Positions 26,901 to 39,102 of a DNA stretch of 64,000 nucleotides are shown in pieces (positions within the stretch are counted from its first letter, which is position 1; the number at the start of each line of letters is the position of its first letter). The translations under genes and the position numbers were made by a program. The DNA comes from Catajapyx aquilonaris (lineage: Eukaryota), in contig JYFJ02001036.1 in the NCBI GenBank assembly GCA_000934665.2, forward strand, positions 1 to 64,000, in the 5' to 3' direction. The notes below the pieces were generated by a model. The model ran no database searches. It was not told the DNA's origin and saw nothing but the letters and a program-made list of their open reading frames with translations.

Positions 26901-29900
26901 CAGAGCCCCACTCGAGAGTAAACAAAAGCGGAGGCCTGAATGACAGCATGGGAATAGTGATGTGATTGAAAGTCCAACAGGGCAGAGGCGCAGTAATCCG
27001 TGACACGCGACAAGCCCTGTGCCACAATCAGGTCCTCTAATAAGCCTAAATCGTGTTGCAGATGGTGTGTGGTGTGGTGGTGACGGGTTGCGTGGCCGCT
27101 TCGTGGGTTGGGGCCACGCATGCAGTTAAGCGCACCTATCTCCTACAAGTTCCCGTCTATGCCGACACCAACGCAACCACTACCGTCGCACCCAAGCAGC
27201 TCCTTCGTATGGTAAGTATACCAGTTGCGCCAGTAATTTATTCTTGTGGAGGAGTTTTACAGTGTTTTGACGACACCTCTGATGACGTGATCGATTGTCA
27301 AAAATAACTCCTGTACAAGGTTACGCGCTCGGCACGACTTTCCCTTGGCCTCCTTTGTTGACATCCCCACTTACAAAATAACGAGTTGAAATAATAACGA
27401 CTCACGCAGCTACGCAGTAGTCCGGCCCATTATACTGGGCTGGAACTATTGATAGCGATCAAGGGTCAGTTTCTAAATAATGGCGTGTGTATTAATGACC
27501 ATGAGGTCATAGGTTGATACGACCATTTCTCATATTGTTTTCACGTGTACCGCGTATTGAAAAGGCTGAATCATGGCATATTGAACATCAGGGACACCGC
27601 CACAAGCCAATTGCTTCAAGTAACAAATAACTGCTGTTAAATATTTTAAATGCGCAGCAATGATCAAGTTCAACATTAACTGTTACAGGCAACCTCTGAA
27701 GAGCAATAATCTTCCACTAAAATGCATACGTTAGCAGTTCTCCAAACTGTTCCAACAAACTTATGTCAACTTAATTTGATATGCAAACATGCTCTCACAG
27801 CACACGAAGTGCTGCGCTGTGACGGAGAGAGATGAGAAAACACTAGATTTCATCCTTGAAACAAGTAAGCCTTGTAGAGCACGATTACGTGGTGTCCAGG
27901 TGCTATCTCCTCTTTCGAATGACGTTACATCCAAGGCCCTCTTTGGTTTCCGTGTCTGACAAGAAAGAAAACTCGTAAATCTTCGAAGTCGAGTCGATAA
28001 CGTCGCCCTCCAATAATCTCAGAAATCCTGACATTTGTCGTAAAGTATATATGAGAAGAGACTCGATCACTTTTGAACATGCAACGCAAGTTATCTGAGG
28101 TATACCTAACGTAACAGTGAGATGTTTTGTTTGAATAGGAACAACTGTACGATGCGCCCTTCCTGACCACCTGGTTGTCTACGCTTTGGACAGGCCTTTT
28201 CTTCCCATTGTACTTCGTGTTCCGGGTCACGTTCAGGTCCGAGAAGACGTCGGTCACTTCGATCCTCAAATCCAGCGTCCAGGGTTTTCGAGACAGAGGA
28301 TTTACGCTAGGTAAGTAAATCTGAACACATGCACACACATGTATTACGTAATTCGCACTATCAGTGTCCAGGGGGATTCGTGACGATAATTGGAGGAAAA
28401 TTTTCACGTGTGAGCCATGTGGGAAAATACCCCTGCTGGAAATCATTTTGGCGGGTGGTACACAGTGACGTCACGCATCCGTTTAATCCGTTTTTTGTGC
28501 ACATTATCCTTGTACATGAGAAGCTAAACATGCCGTGTCTGCTCGGGTCACGTATCGGGGAGGGCGGGTGGGGGGTTGGATTTTTTGGGAGGTCCTGGCT
28601 TGCTATAGGGTATATAGGGAAAGGGGAGGACTGCAGCAGTGACCGCAGTCAAGGGAAAGCATATATGCTACGCAATATCTTGTCCGACGTCAGGACATAA
28701 AATGATGCATCGTGTTTTTGGAAAGAGGTTCACACACATGTCGCTCCAAAATAGATGAAATTCGGGTGTTCTCCGCACGACTGAGAATGCAGCCACATGT
28801 TGTGAATATTATCTTTGATTGATTTGACTTTTAACGAATTAATGGCAACAAAGGTTAAATGTAGATGCGCACGATGTTTAATAATTGAACGCTACATATG
28901 TCTTTCAGCGTAATTAATGCATCGTTTCCAGCCGGAATAATGACGTTGATGTGCTTATTATTGCGGCAGGACTATCATGAACGGGAAAGTAGAATATATA
29001 GCACTCCCCGGAGGGATCTATAAATTGCGGTGCATATCATTACAACGTGTAATAGATCTAGCTGCTGGGCACCATAATCTTCTATTACTATATCGATGTA
29101 GATAATGGAAAATGATAGGGATCTACGCTACAACACGAGGGGTGACTCACGCCAGCGTTATTAATTCTGCACTGTCATAAGCGCGGTGCATGCTGTGCAA
29201 TAAGAAAGTGCGTGTCTTTTCAGTGCAGTTCCTGTGGCGATGTGCTTTCTTCTGCCTATTATGGGTGATTACCAACTACCTGTACGTGCATTCCCTGCGA
29301 ATCCTCCAATGTACGGCTGTCATGGCTCTCTTTGCCACCAACGTGTCCTTTGTCTACCTGCTGGCATGGGTGGTGCTACATGAGCAGTTTGTCGGTGTCA
29401 GGGTAAGTACGAAGGGCGTTTCAATTATCAGATATTCCTGGAACATATGCAAAATAATTATCGAATTTATCATATTAAGTTATTACCGACGTAGTACTTA
29501 TATCTCCGGATTTTTTCCAGATTGTAGCGGTGATCCTGAGCAACACGGGCATAGCTTTGATGGCGTACATGGATGGTATCACCCGTGGTAAGACCCTCGG
29601 AGGTGTAGTCCTGGCAGCAGCAGCGGCCGCTGGTTCAGCCGTGTACAAAGTCCTCTTCAAGAAGATGCTAGGTGAAGCCACGTTCGGGCAGGTGGCCCTG
29701 GTCTTCTCCTTGCTTGGACTCATGGCCGCCATATTCCTCTGGCCCATTTGCCTCCTCCTGATTCTGACTGGGCTCGAGCTCGTGCATTGGAACAACCTCC
29801 CTTGGCCGGAACTACTCCTGGCAGGAGGACTCTCACTGCGTAAGTTGGGTGACCTCGTTGTCCGCCTGCAGGTTATGCCCTCCTGTGACACAAGGGTGCG

Positions 29901-32386
29901 GTTGCATAACTGGCCAGGATGAATGATAAATGGGCGGCCCTGTCCTTTTCAGTTGCCAATCTGCTGGGCAACTTTGGTGTTGCCATCACTTACGAGGTGT
30001 TTATTACCTTGGGTCTGATTGTAGCAGTTCCAGTTTCAGGAAGTAAGAATCCAATTTAACTTTTCTTCTATAATGCATATTGCAAATTATTTTTAAAATT
30101 TCAGTTTTGGACTCGCTCTGGTATGGAGTGATATTCGAGGGAATGTTCCTGGCAGGAATCATTCTCGTGGCATGTGGGTTCTTCCTCGTACTTTTACCAG
30201 CTAACTGGCCAGATTACATCACAAGAGTTATCAGGTAACCCATTCTTATTTGCTTTAATATGATTGACTGATTTACTGCCTCCACACACTACACTACACT
30301 TTACCTCATCTTTGTCCAGGTAATTGTGATATCTGCACCAATTGTTTCAAGTCTTTTGTCATCAGGGAGAGGTGCCCCCTATTTAGAAGAAAAAAGCTTT
30401 GATTTTTTTCACATTGCTGGCAAATGCCGCTGCTTGTTTTTCACACCAGCATATGCAGCTCTACTTTTATGCGGTATTTATTTTTCTCCTAATGGAATCC
30501 GCGGTGTTTTTTTCGCTAAAAGCATTTGTGACTGCCACGCAGTTATGTATCGCGATTAACAAATTGCTATCGAGAAAATTGCTAGCAAATTGTGAAATAT
30601 TTCGTTCGTCGTGGTAGACATGTTGCGAAGTAAATACATCTGTGCACAAACATTAAAAATGAGTCACTACATGATGGGTGAATCAGTAATAAAAAGTTTT
30701 ATCCACAGCTAGTGATTCAGTTTCGTTCCCGTTAGTCATCAAATACCGTGCCCGTTTTGATACGTTTTGTACTCTTCCAGAGCTCTGGCTTTGTTACGGC
30801 ACCGCTCTAGGTAAGGTCCAAGCCTTGCCAACTGTGTTCATAGTTGATAGAGACTACTTTGTTTAAATCACTGCACGTGTGCCTGCAACCCAAGAATGCC
30901 CTGAAACGTGTGGTGTCCAGTCTGACAAGCATGAGCTGAATATCACCCTGCTGAGCTCGCCCTGCTGATTGATGCTAAGCTGCTACTGCTATACATGCTC
31001 TTAGGTATACATATAGTAGTTAGTTGGTCATTTTTTACTCTAGCTTATTTGCTGTTGTTGTAGGTCGTCGCAATCATCGTTGACTCTGTTTTTCTTTGAT
31101 CCAGCCCACTGTGATTGTTTTAAATTCGATTAAGATTGGGGCTGTTGTTGGGTGGAAAACATGTGTTGCAGTTTTGGTCCGCATGATTCTAATCAGCCCA
31201 TCTCACTTGCCAGTGGCTGCAGCCACACAAATCCATAGCTGGAATTGGTTGGCTCGACTCATTTGACCAAACGGGGTGAAGTCTGCAAACAGCATAATTA
31301 ATGGCTCCCAACTGTAGAGTAAACTGTGCGCTTCTAAATGTTGTCAGTATAGTCTGGTTTCAGTGACTGTATCGGGGAACTAGTGTCGGCTTAAAAGGCT
31401 TGTTTACACCAAGAATTTTCTTGCCAATTTTCTGCAATTAGTACTGAGTACTTGTGCAAGTCAATAGGCTTACACTTCTACTTTGCTGTACAGAGGTGAA
31501 TTACTATCTCTGTATAAAAAAAACTATATTGAACGTAAGCGTACTGTCACACCCAAAACTGTGAACGTCATGGCGCAGAAACGGTCGTGTAAGCAGGCCT
31601 CAACTGCTGCATTGTGTGTTCCTGTCCAGATAAGACCAGTTATTTCAACATAATAAAAATAATGTATTTTTATTATGGACTTGCCCCGCAGGACTGCCCT
31701 TTATACGATGCATATCGCAATATCTATTCAAAGATGTTGATTTTCAATATTTGATGTAAATTAATAATAATAATCCTGCTGCTGCATACCTATACCCGAA
31801 CAATCCCAAAATAATAATATCAAAATTGATATAGGCCAAGAACTGTGGATAGGATGATAATCCGAGAATTTGCATGACTTAATCAGCATATGTTGGCGGA
31901 AGGCATCACAATGATACTCCTACTTTGTGACCACGGTATCGGCAGTCGGCACAAAAAGTAAAGTATTTTTGTCTTCTGCCAGCATCGCTGAATGTCTTCT
32001 GCAGCTCCTGATACATTACTAGAATCTTTAAAACCCATGATAGGACCTCTGCAGAAAGCATGATGGCTGATTCGCTACATACTGGAAGTCCTGTAAATTA
32101 AAAATGTCTATCATGCTTCAAATTTTATGTAAAGGACAGTCAAGGGCAGAAAGACACCAAGTGTCAGCTGCCTCATTAAGAGGCCCGAGTGGAGTAATGA
32201 ATTATTAGTTATCAATTAGCCATAGCATGAGCAAGTGTCTAAGTGAGACAGGTGCTTAGCAAGTGTGTTTTTAGGTGGCGAAAAGGTCACCCTGGGGAAG
32301 ATCACAGCAAAGTGTCGGAGCAAGTGGACTACAGGACAGGTCACATCCGATCCCACCTGCGCTCACCTTCCGGGAGGGTCAGGTGA
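20988..32386 (+). CDS. SLC35F3: Solute carrier family 35 member F3/F4-like (putative thiamine transporter, DMT superfamily), complete
   Basis: Coding exons 20988-21399, 24710-24798, 27062-27211 (SWVGATH), 28139-28310 (YDAPFLTTW), 29224-29402 (TNYLY...FVYLLAWVVLHEQFVGVR), 29521-29839 (IVAVILSNTGIALMAYMDG...SAVYKVLFK), 29953-30042, 30105-30234, 32275-32386 (DYRTGHIRSHLRSPSGRVR*). Phases are consistent. F3 versus F4 orthology cannot be resolved. Confidence 0.92.
30781..30810 (+). CDS. SLC35F3: Candidate 30-nt microexon of the SLC35F3-like gene
   Basis: Acceptor ttttgtactcttccag, donor AG|gtaagg, phase 2 to 2, encodes (R)ALALLRHRS(R) with no stop. Confidence 0.55.
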   Translation, partial: SSGFVTAPL

Positions 32387-35300
32387 TCCTTCCAAACTAC
32401 ACCACCATCCAGTGAGGGGGAAGGAGGGGTGGGAAACAGAAAGAAGGAACACAAAGGAGAAATGCAACCTTCCCCAGAAGGGTCTTCCATCATTTTGCGG
32501 ATGACTCCAGAAGAAGAATAGGTCACTTCTCCACTCTACCAACCCGTCAAATCATATTTTTGTTGTACACTTGGATGGTACTGGTGGTTGTTCGTGTATA
32601 AAGAATAAGAAATGTTGTAACCGTGTTTGTTTATGAATGTATGCATCGTTTTAATCTGCTCCATCAGAAGGAGCAGACCTAGAGTCGTAAATGGTGCTCT
32701 TGCTAATTACTTAGGCATGGGCAGCAGGTTGGCAGAGTGGAGATAAACGTGTCGAACATACAGGGTCCATCAAAAGCGTGCTCGTACGAACTGGTATTCA
32801 CAGAAGTTATCGAGTGAAAAAAAAAGCATGCGCCGTCTTTTACAAATATTTGGGGGAATTCTGCACAGCAGTCAGAGACTATCCAGTAAAATATTGAGCT
32901 TATGACACTGCATTTTCTAGTAAAGAAGCCCCTTCTGTCAAATACCAAATTAATATTTGGACAGTTCAAGGCTACAGGCTAGTATCAGGCGACCAGTATT
33001 TTGGGAAATGTATCTACAACCTTGATATACTGTATCAAAATTGTTTGAATCACCCATCTTGATCTATGTAACAAATATGGCATCATAACATCCTCTCAAG
33101 TAAGTCCACAACTTAAAATGTTATTTCATGACATATTCATCTCTTAAACTTAATTATTCACTCGACAGAATGATTGTGGTAAAATCTGCTGGTTTAACGG
33201 TATAATTTAAAAGCCACATTATTTCTATCCAAACACACCAAGATTCTTACATGTTGTGTTGAATTACGAGACCATTTCATGGCGTTTATTTGATCAAGAT
33301 GGGATATCATTGTGTTTAGTTATAGACTTGTTTCTTATGTGGCAATGGATTAGGCTCCCTCCGTATTTAGATCCCTTTAGGGTCTGCCGTACCTTTTAGC
33401 TCAGTTGTTGTGTAAAATGATGGCGTCCTGTGCATTTCCTGTGAAAGTATCTACAATATGTCTGAATACCTTTGAATCAGGCCACATCATCAGACGAAGC
33501 TGTACTGATGTGTATCCCTCCAATATCCCAAAAGGAACCTACATAAAAATACATAACGTTTCGTCACGGACCGAAGCAATAATCCGCGCCCTTTTCTAAT
33601 CACACTTTTCAAATATTCCCCAGTCAAGTGAAGGAAAACAGCGCAGACCGGATTCGAATGCAACAGGCATTCTGCATTTTACAAAAACCTGCTCAAAAAC
33701 CTGCAACACCTTTATGAGTCGTTGGGGCTGCACCCTATGGCAAAACAATAAGCGGTGTCAAACATAACGTACAGTAGCTTATGCATAAAATTTATGTTTG
33801 AATCCAGTGTGTAGCTACAGTACAGATTTGGAAAAATATTAATAACAGTAGGGCTGTGGCAGAGAAATTGCTGAAATCCTTTTTAGACAGCACTTCGTCT
33901 TTTGTCAAAGTGAAACTCTGCCACTATTTTGGGCTGGGTCTACTGTCTTCCAGTCCTCCATCACGATTCCAAAATCATGCCACTTCACTCCTGCCCTCCC
34001 ATGCTTTGAACAGAAAACATAAATCCATGAAATCTTGTATTTGTGCCCCCAAAACAAAGTGCAGCAATAAAACGTCTTATGAACTGGATATCCCATCCTT
34101 TGTGTAATGACATACGGTACCTTTGCAGCTTCCATTAGCTGAGATCGACTTACATGGGTTGGAACAAAAGTCATGGTGTGATTGAGAGTATTTTTTGTGA
34201 CCAAGTTTGAACACCCTACCGAGAAAAGTGATTTACATTTGTCGCTTTGTATGTGTCAGAATTTCTTTCTGCATTTCATGCATGAGGCATAAAGATGACA
34301 TGAATATTGCAAAATGTGTCGGGAAACATAAGAAAGCCCCACACCCCTATCGCCCTAAATAATGTGACATATTGAGGACACCAACAATAAAAGTCTCTCA
34401 GTAGTTGATCTTATCTAATAACATAGCCTCATTGCAGTCCCCTCCAGTGACATGACATTCTACCACTGAAATCATTGAATACTATTATTTTGCTTTGTAA
34501 TGTGGTTGCCACCTTCCAGATATCATGCTGCTGCTTGGTGCAATTTAGACATTTCTGTGAATCACTTCCTATGGCCTATGCATTGGCTCTTTTATATTAG
34601 AAAGCATGTTTTCAAGGAAAGCCAGGTGTTCGAATATCTCTACAGGGCAACTCTAAGAGTGTAGGTAATGTGTTATTTCTTTTGTCATGTTCTTGTCACC
34701 AGCTTACACGTGAATTCTGTGAAGCATGACTAGTAATCAGATTTTCCTCACCCGACAATCAGGGGCACCCAAGATCCTCCTACTGACATTTTGTAACTAC
34801 ATCGCAAAAACTGCTCCAAGTACATCCATCACACCTCTTTTATGCCTCCTTAGAGCACAGGTTACTTTCCTCACCTCTTCAGGGCAGAGTAGTAGTGTGG
34901 TGGCTAATGACCCAGTTCCTCCCACCTGTGAGATTCCATGAGTTGGAATGGAATGAATTGGATAGCACTTTTGACCTTCCTGGTATATGGCAAACAAACG
35001 TGACATCTTACAAGGCTCTCCTGAAACTATGGGAGGGGGAAGGCTTCTTCCCACAGACAGGCATATTCCTTATTATGTACATTTAATATCCTCTATTTCC
35101 ACATCTTACAATGTACCAGTCACACATATATTGACTTTATTGCAGTATACTCAATAAAATATGTTCTGAGACAAAATAATGATAACGTTAAAAAATGACC
35201 AGCAAACTGACTTATAAGGTCCTCCGGAAGTTGGTCCCACGTGGCCCCAATTGGGTGCACACAGCAAGTTGGACCAACATCCTTCACAAAGGACCACGAA

Positions 35301-38300
35301 AAAAAGGGTGAGGTCAAGGACATGTGAGGGAAGGAGTGGGGATAAAAAGAGACAGGTCAGGAGAGCGAGAGACTTCTTCCCCAAAAAGGGTTCGCTTATC
35401 TTGGTATCCGAGCATAACGACGAGACATCAATGGTTAGTTATGTTAATATTATACAGCAACTTGATGCAATGCGCCATTGGCACGTATTGTTCATAAGGA
35501 CCCCAAAATTGCCTTTTAGTTGTTCATGGGAAATTCCGCCCAGAAGGGTCCCCTATGAACAACTGAGCCCCGTGTGCCTCTGGAGCGTTGCTTTTTTAAA
35601 AGTTTTTGTTTTATTTGTTTTTTTGGGATAGGGGATAGGGGGATAGGGGGATGGAGGGGATAGGGAGTTCCCAAGTTGTTATCAGGAAAAGATTATTTGT
35701 TAAGTATTTTGTTTATGACTTGTGGGATGGGTGGTTGAGGGGATGGGAGGGAACTGTTGGACTAAACTTGACTCCCAATTCCGGGGTTGGGTTCAGGTCG
35801 ACCAACTTTTTTTTCCATTTTCTAAAGATTTTGCAATTTTTTCATGTTAGTTTTTTTTTCTATGTAGTTTACTTGTCTTCCCACTAATAATGCGATGAAA
35901 GAACGAGACACGTTATCACATCCAAAGGATTCCTTTTTTTCATTTTTCAAGGTTTTTTTCAGACAGAAAGTTAGGAAGGAATCAAAGTAGAAAAGAAAAT
36001 TAGTATTCACAGGCCACTCACTGTGACAATTAAATGATCAAATTAATAAAAATGTCGGTAAGAATCCCCTTGACATTCTAATATGACTAGATAGAACAAA
36101 AAAGGAACCAAACATTTTGGTTGGCAAGAAGATCTCAACCTACATGCAGTGATCCTGCAGTCATAAATAATGAGCTCTTGTCTAAACGGGGACAAATCAT
36201 ACCATGCTCAAAAATGCTTCCTCTTCCACATGTTCACTCGGAAGGGTGGCAGCACACGTTTGTGTGTGTGCACATGAAATACCTATTAACAGTAGTTTTC
36301 CCCTTCCGACGTGTCAAATGGACTGAACATGTGGAGAACAGCAAGCATGCAAGTTGATCAGACATTGCTCGTGTGCGTCATTCCGCCCATGGGTGGAAGG
36401 TTCAGAATGGGTTAGTGTTTTTTTTTTTTTGGGTGGGTGGGGGTGGGGTGGGGGTGGGGTGGGGGGTTAGTGTCAGTTAGTATCTCTAGTGTATGACCAT
36501 TTCCACATGTCAAACTTGCCATGCAAGCAGACCCTTTCTCAAAAAAGTACTAGCTTACTTTACCAACGGCCATAATGGTTGACAAGACCAATTATGGCCA
36601 TTTTTGTGTTTGTATTTTTTTTTTCTTGTAATCACCCATTAAATTCCTGGAGGCTCGGCAATTCAACACTTGCTGACCACTTCCACATGCTGAGGATTCC
36701 AATCTTTGCCACACACGTTTAGTCCACGCATGTTCCTTTGTACTGTACACTCGCACCGAGCCCCTCAGGACAGCATTGAAACTGCTGCACTTGGACACAA
36801 TTCTAGGAATTGTACACTTCATGTCCCCGACTTTGCCGACTAGTTCAAGGCCCAGTCTCAGCTTTCCCTCTCAAAACCCACTTTTTTTTTGGCACTCTAA
36901 AGCACGTTCAAAGGCCTTCAACTGGTCGCAAAATGGGGGACAAACACTCACTTTTATATCCACTCAAGGAAGAGGAGTACTTAGTTACTTTACAACTACA
37001 AAAACAAAACTTTACAAGTGCACCTACGAACATGTTGTCACCCTTACTCGACATGTGTACATACCAACATTGTACACAGGCGTGAGCATTTCAGGGTGTT
37101 TCCAAATAACCGAGTTAACTAAAGACCACCAAGACTTTGGCTAAGAGTAAAACCCTTGGTAAAATCGCACTCACACATGGTCAAAAGGCGGGAGGAAAGA
37201 GTGGGATAGGGTGGGAGTTGGGTACCGAAAGTAAAAGTAAAACCTGCACAGGTGTCTTCCGCCAGTAGCAGTCAGCAGCAGCAACAACGACAATTTTTGG
37301 AAAACACCGGCTATTTGCTAGCTTGTATTTACCTCTCCTAGCAGTCTTTCTCTGCTCAAGTAAATCAATAATAATGGATTGTTGGGAGGGTAAGGATCAC
37401 TGAACTCAAGGAAGGCGCCTTTCGTTGTGCGGCAGAACTTGTCGTTGTCTGGCGCACTTTGGTGGAGGTCAAGGGTAAAGCATGGATGAAGTGGGTGGTG
37501 GAGATGGAAAGAGGTGACAATTGACATTGTGCATAAAGGTGCTAGCAGACTGAAAGGTGAGGCCGAGCCCTCTTGAAGCCTCACCTGATAGCCAGAAAAG
37601 TGGAATTCCTTAACTGCAACACCTCCCTACACTCCAACACCCAACTTCACCCCAAAACTCATAGGGTCGGCAAGCGTGCACACAATTGTAACAGTCAACA
37701 AATTCATTAATACTAAGCCTGAATGGCCTACCAAGTAATTTTGCACACACACATATGTGCACGCAAAAAAAGAAACGTAGCGCTGAGGCTACCAGGTACA
37801 TAGCAACACTGATAGTCTAAGATTCCTACTGTACACTGGGAGATTCATAGCCTTTGTTTTGCTCAGGTGGGAAGGGATGCCAACTTAAGGCATTTACTCA
37901 ACTCTCACTCACATATACACATGGCGAAACCCATGCCCACACGGAAGGGTACGGAAAGGCTGTGCTTGCTCAGTCTTTAGCAAAGTCACAAGAAGAGGAA
38001 TAGAACTAACACGCCTCTCACACACTGTGACTAGATTCACCTACAACTTTTCTTTTCCACTTCCCTCCTTAACGTTTCAGACACCTAACTGGCATAAAAC
38101 AACGAGAAAGAGTAACAGGGAGTTAGTACACTGTTTACCTGCTCCTTCACAATCGTTTCCTGCTTCCTAAGCAAAATGTTGCGACCACAGTCGCATCTTG
38201 AACACTTTGAATAAAACTGTGTGTGTGTGTGCTGCACCGCCTCTCAATTCTCCTCATATAGTGTATGTTTTTAAAAAATGTAGCGCAGGAGGGAATTAAG

Positions 38301-38961
38301 TTCATGGAAGAAGATTGACATACTTCTCCCTTCAAGAAAATGAATGTGGCTCCCTCTGGCCAAACATGCACCCCTACCACTACAAACATTATCACAAGTG
38401 TACCACTGGCAATCTACCCGCAGAAAAAACAAGGGGGGTGTCAGCATGGAGTGTAAATTGCAGCTTTCTGAAAGTGTTTGTACTTTCTGAGATGTCCTCT
38501 ACACACCCGTAAGCAAATGAAACTTCTTTTAAAATGCACATCTGGGCATGCAAGTTGGGATGAAGCAGAGCGGGGGTAATCCTTGTTTTCTTCCTTGAAG
38601 GATATAATTTGGCACAGTAAGCTGACTCACACAAAGAGGGGCACATTCATAATTAAAACCTTGTGTACGCCAAAAACAAGTAACAAATGAGGGGGAGGAA
38701 AAAAAGTACCTCAACTTTCACACACAGGCTGCATCAACAATGATTAACAAAGAAGCAGCACATGTCGTGTGGACTCCGAACCACACGTGCCCTTGAAATC
38801 ACTCTCGACTTCTGGAGAATGAGGAGAGGTGGGAACTCGCTTCACAACTCCACCAAACTAGTGAGGCGAACAAACCCAGCTCTGCAGATGCACTTGGGGT
38901 ACGGAGACAGGGTCAAAGGGAGCAAAGGTTTTGACTTGGTGACAGTACAACAATGGGAACT

Positions 38962-39102
38962 TCAGAATACAGTGTCGGAGGAGTTGGCAGCTGAATCCGA
39001 TGGGCGGACCGATAGCTGGGCTTGAGCACCTGTAGTCACCACCATTGATGGCTCAGTGTTGCGCCGCTTTATCTTGCCCTTCATCTTCTTCAGCATGGTT
39101 GC
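38962..39102 (-). CDS. DGKQ: DGK-theta alternative last coding exon B
   Basis: CAG acceptor at 39105-39103, phase 0; encodes [46 protein letters not shown]. Confidence 0.85.
   Translation of the reverse strand, partial: ATMLKKMKGKIKRRNTEPSMVVTTGAQAQLSVRPSDSAANSSDTVF

Noticed and set aside
37318..37584. 88-aa ORF behind an acceptor-like site, possible third DGK last exon
   Set aside because: No similarity to the ATMLKK tail and no convincing donor to reach it; more likely 3' UTR.
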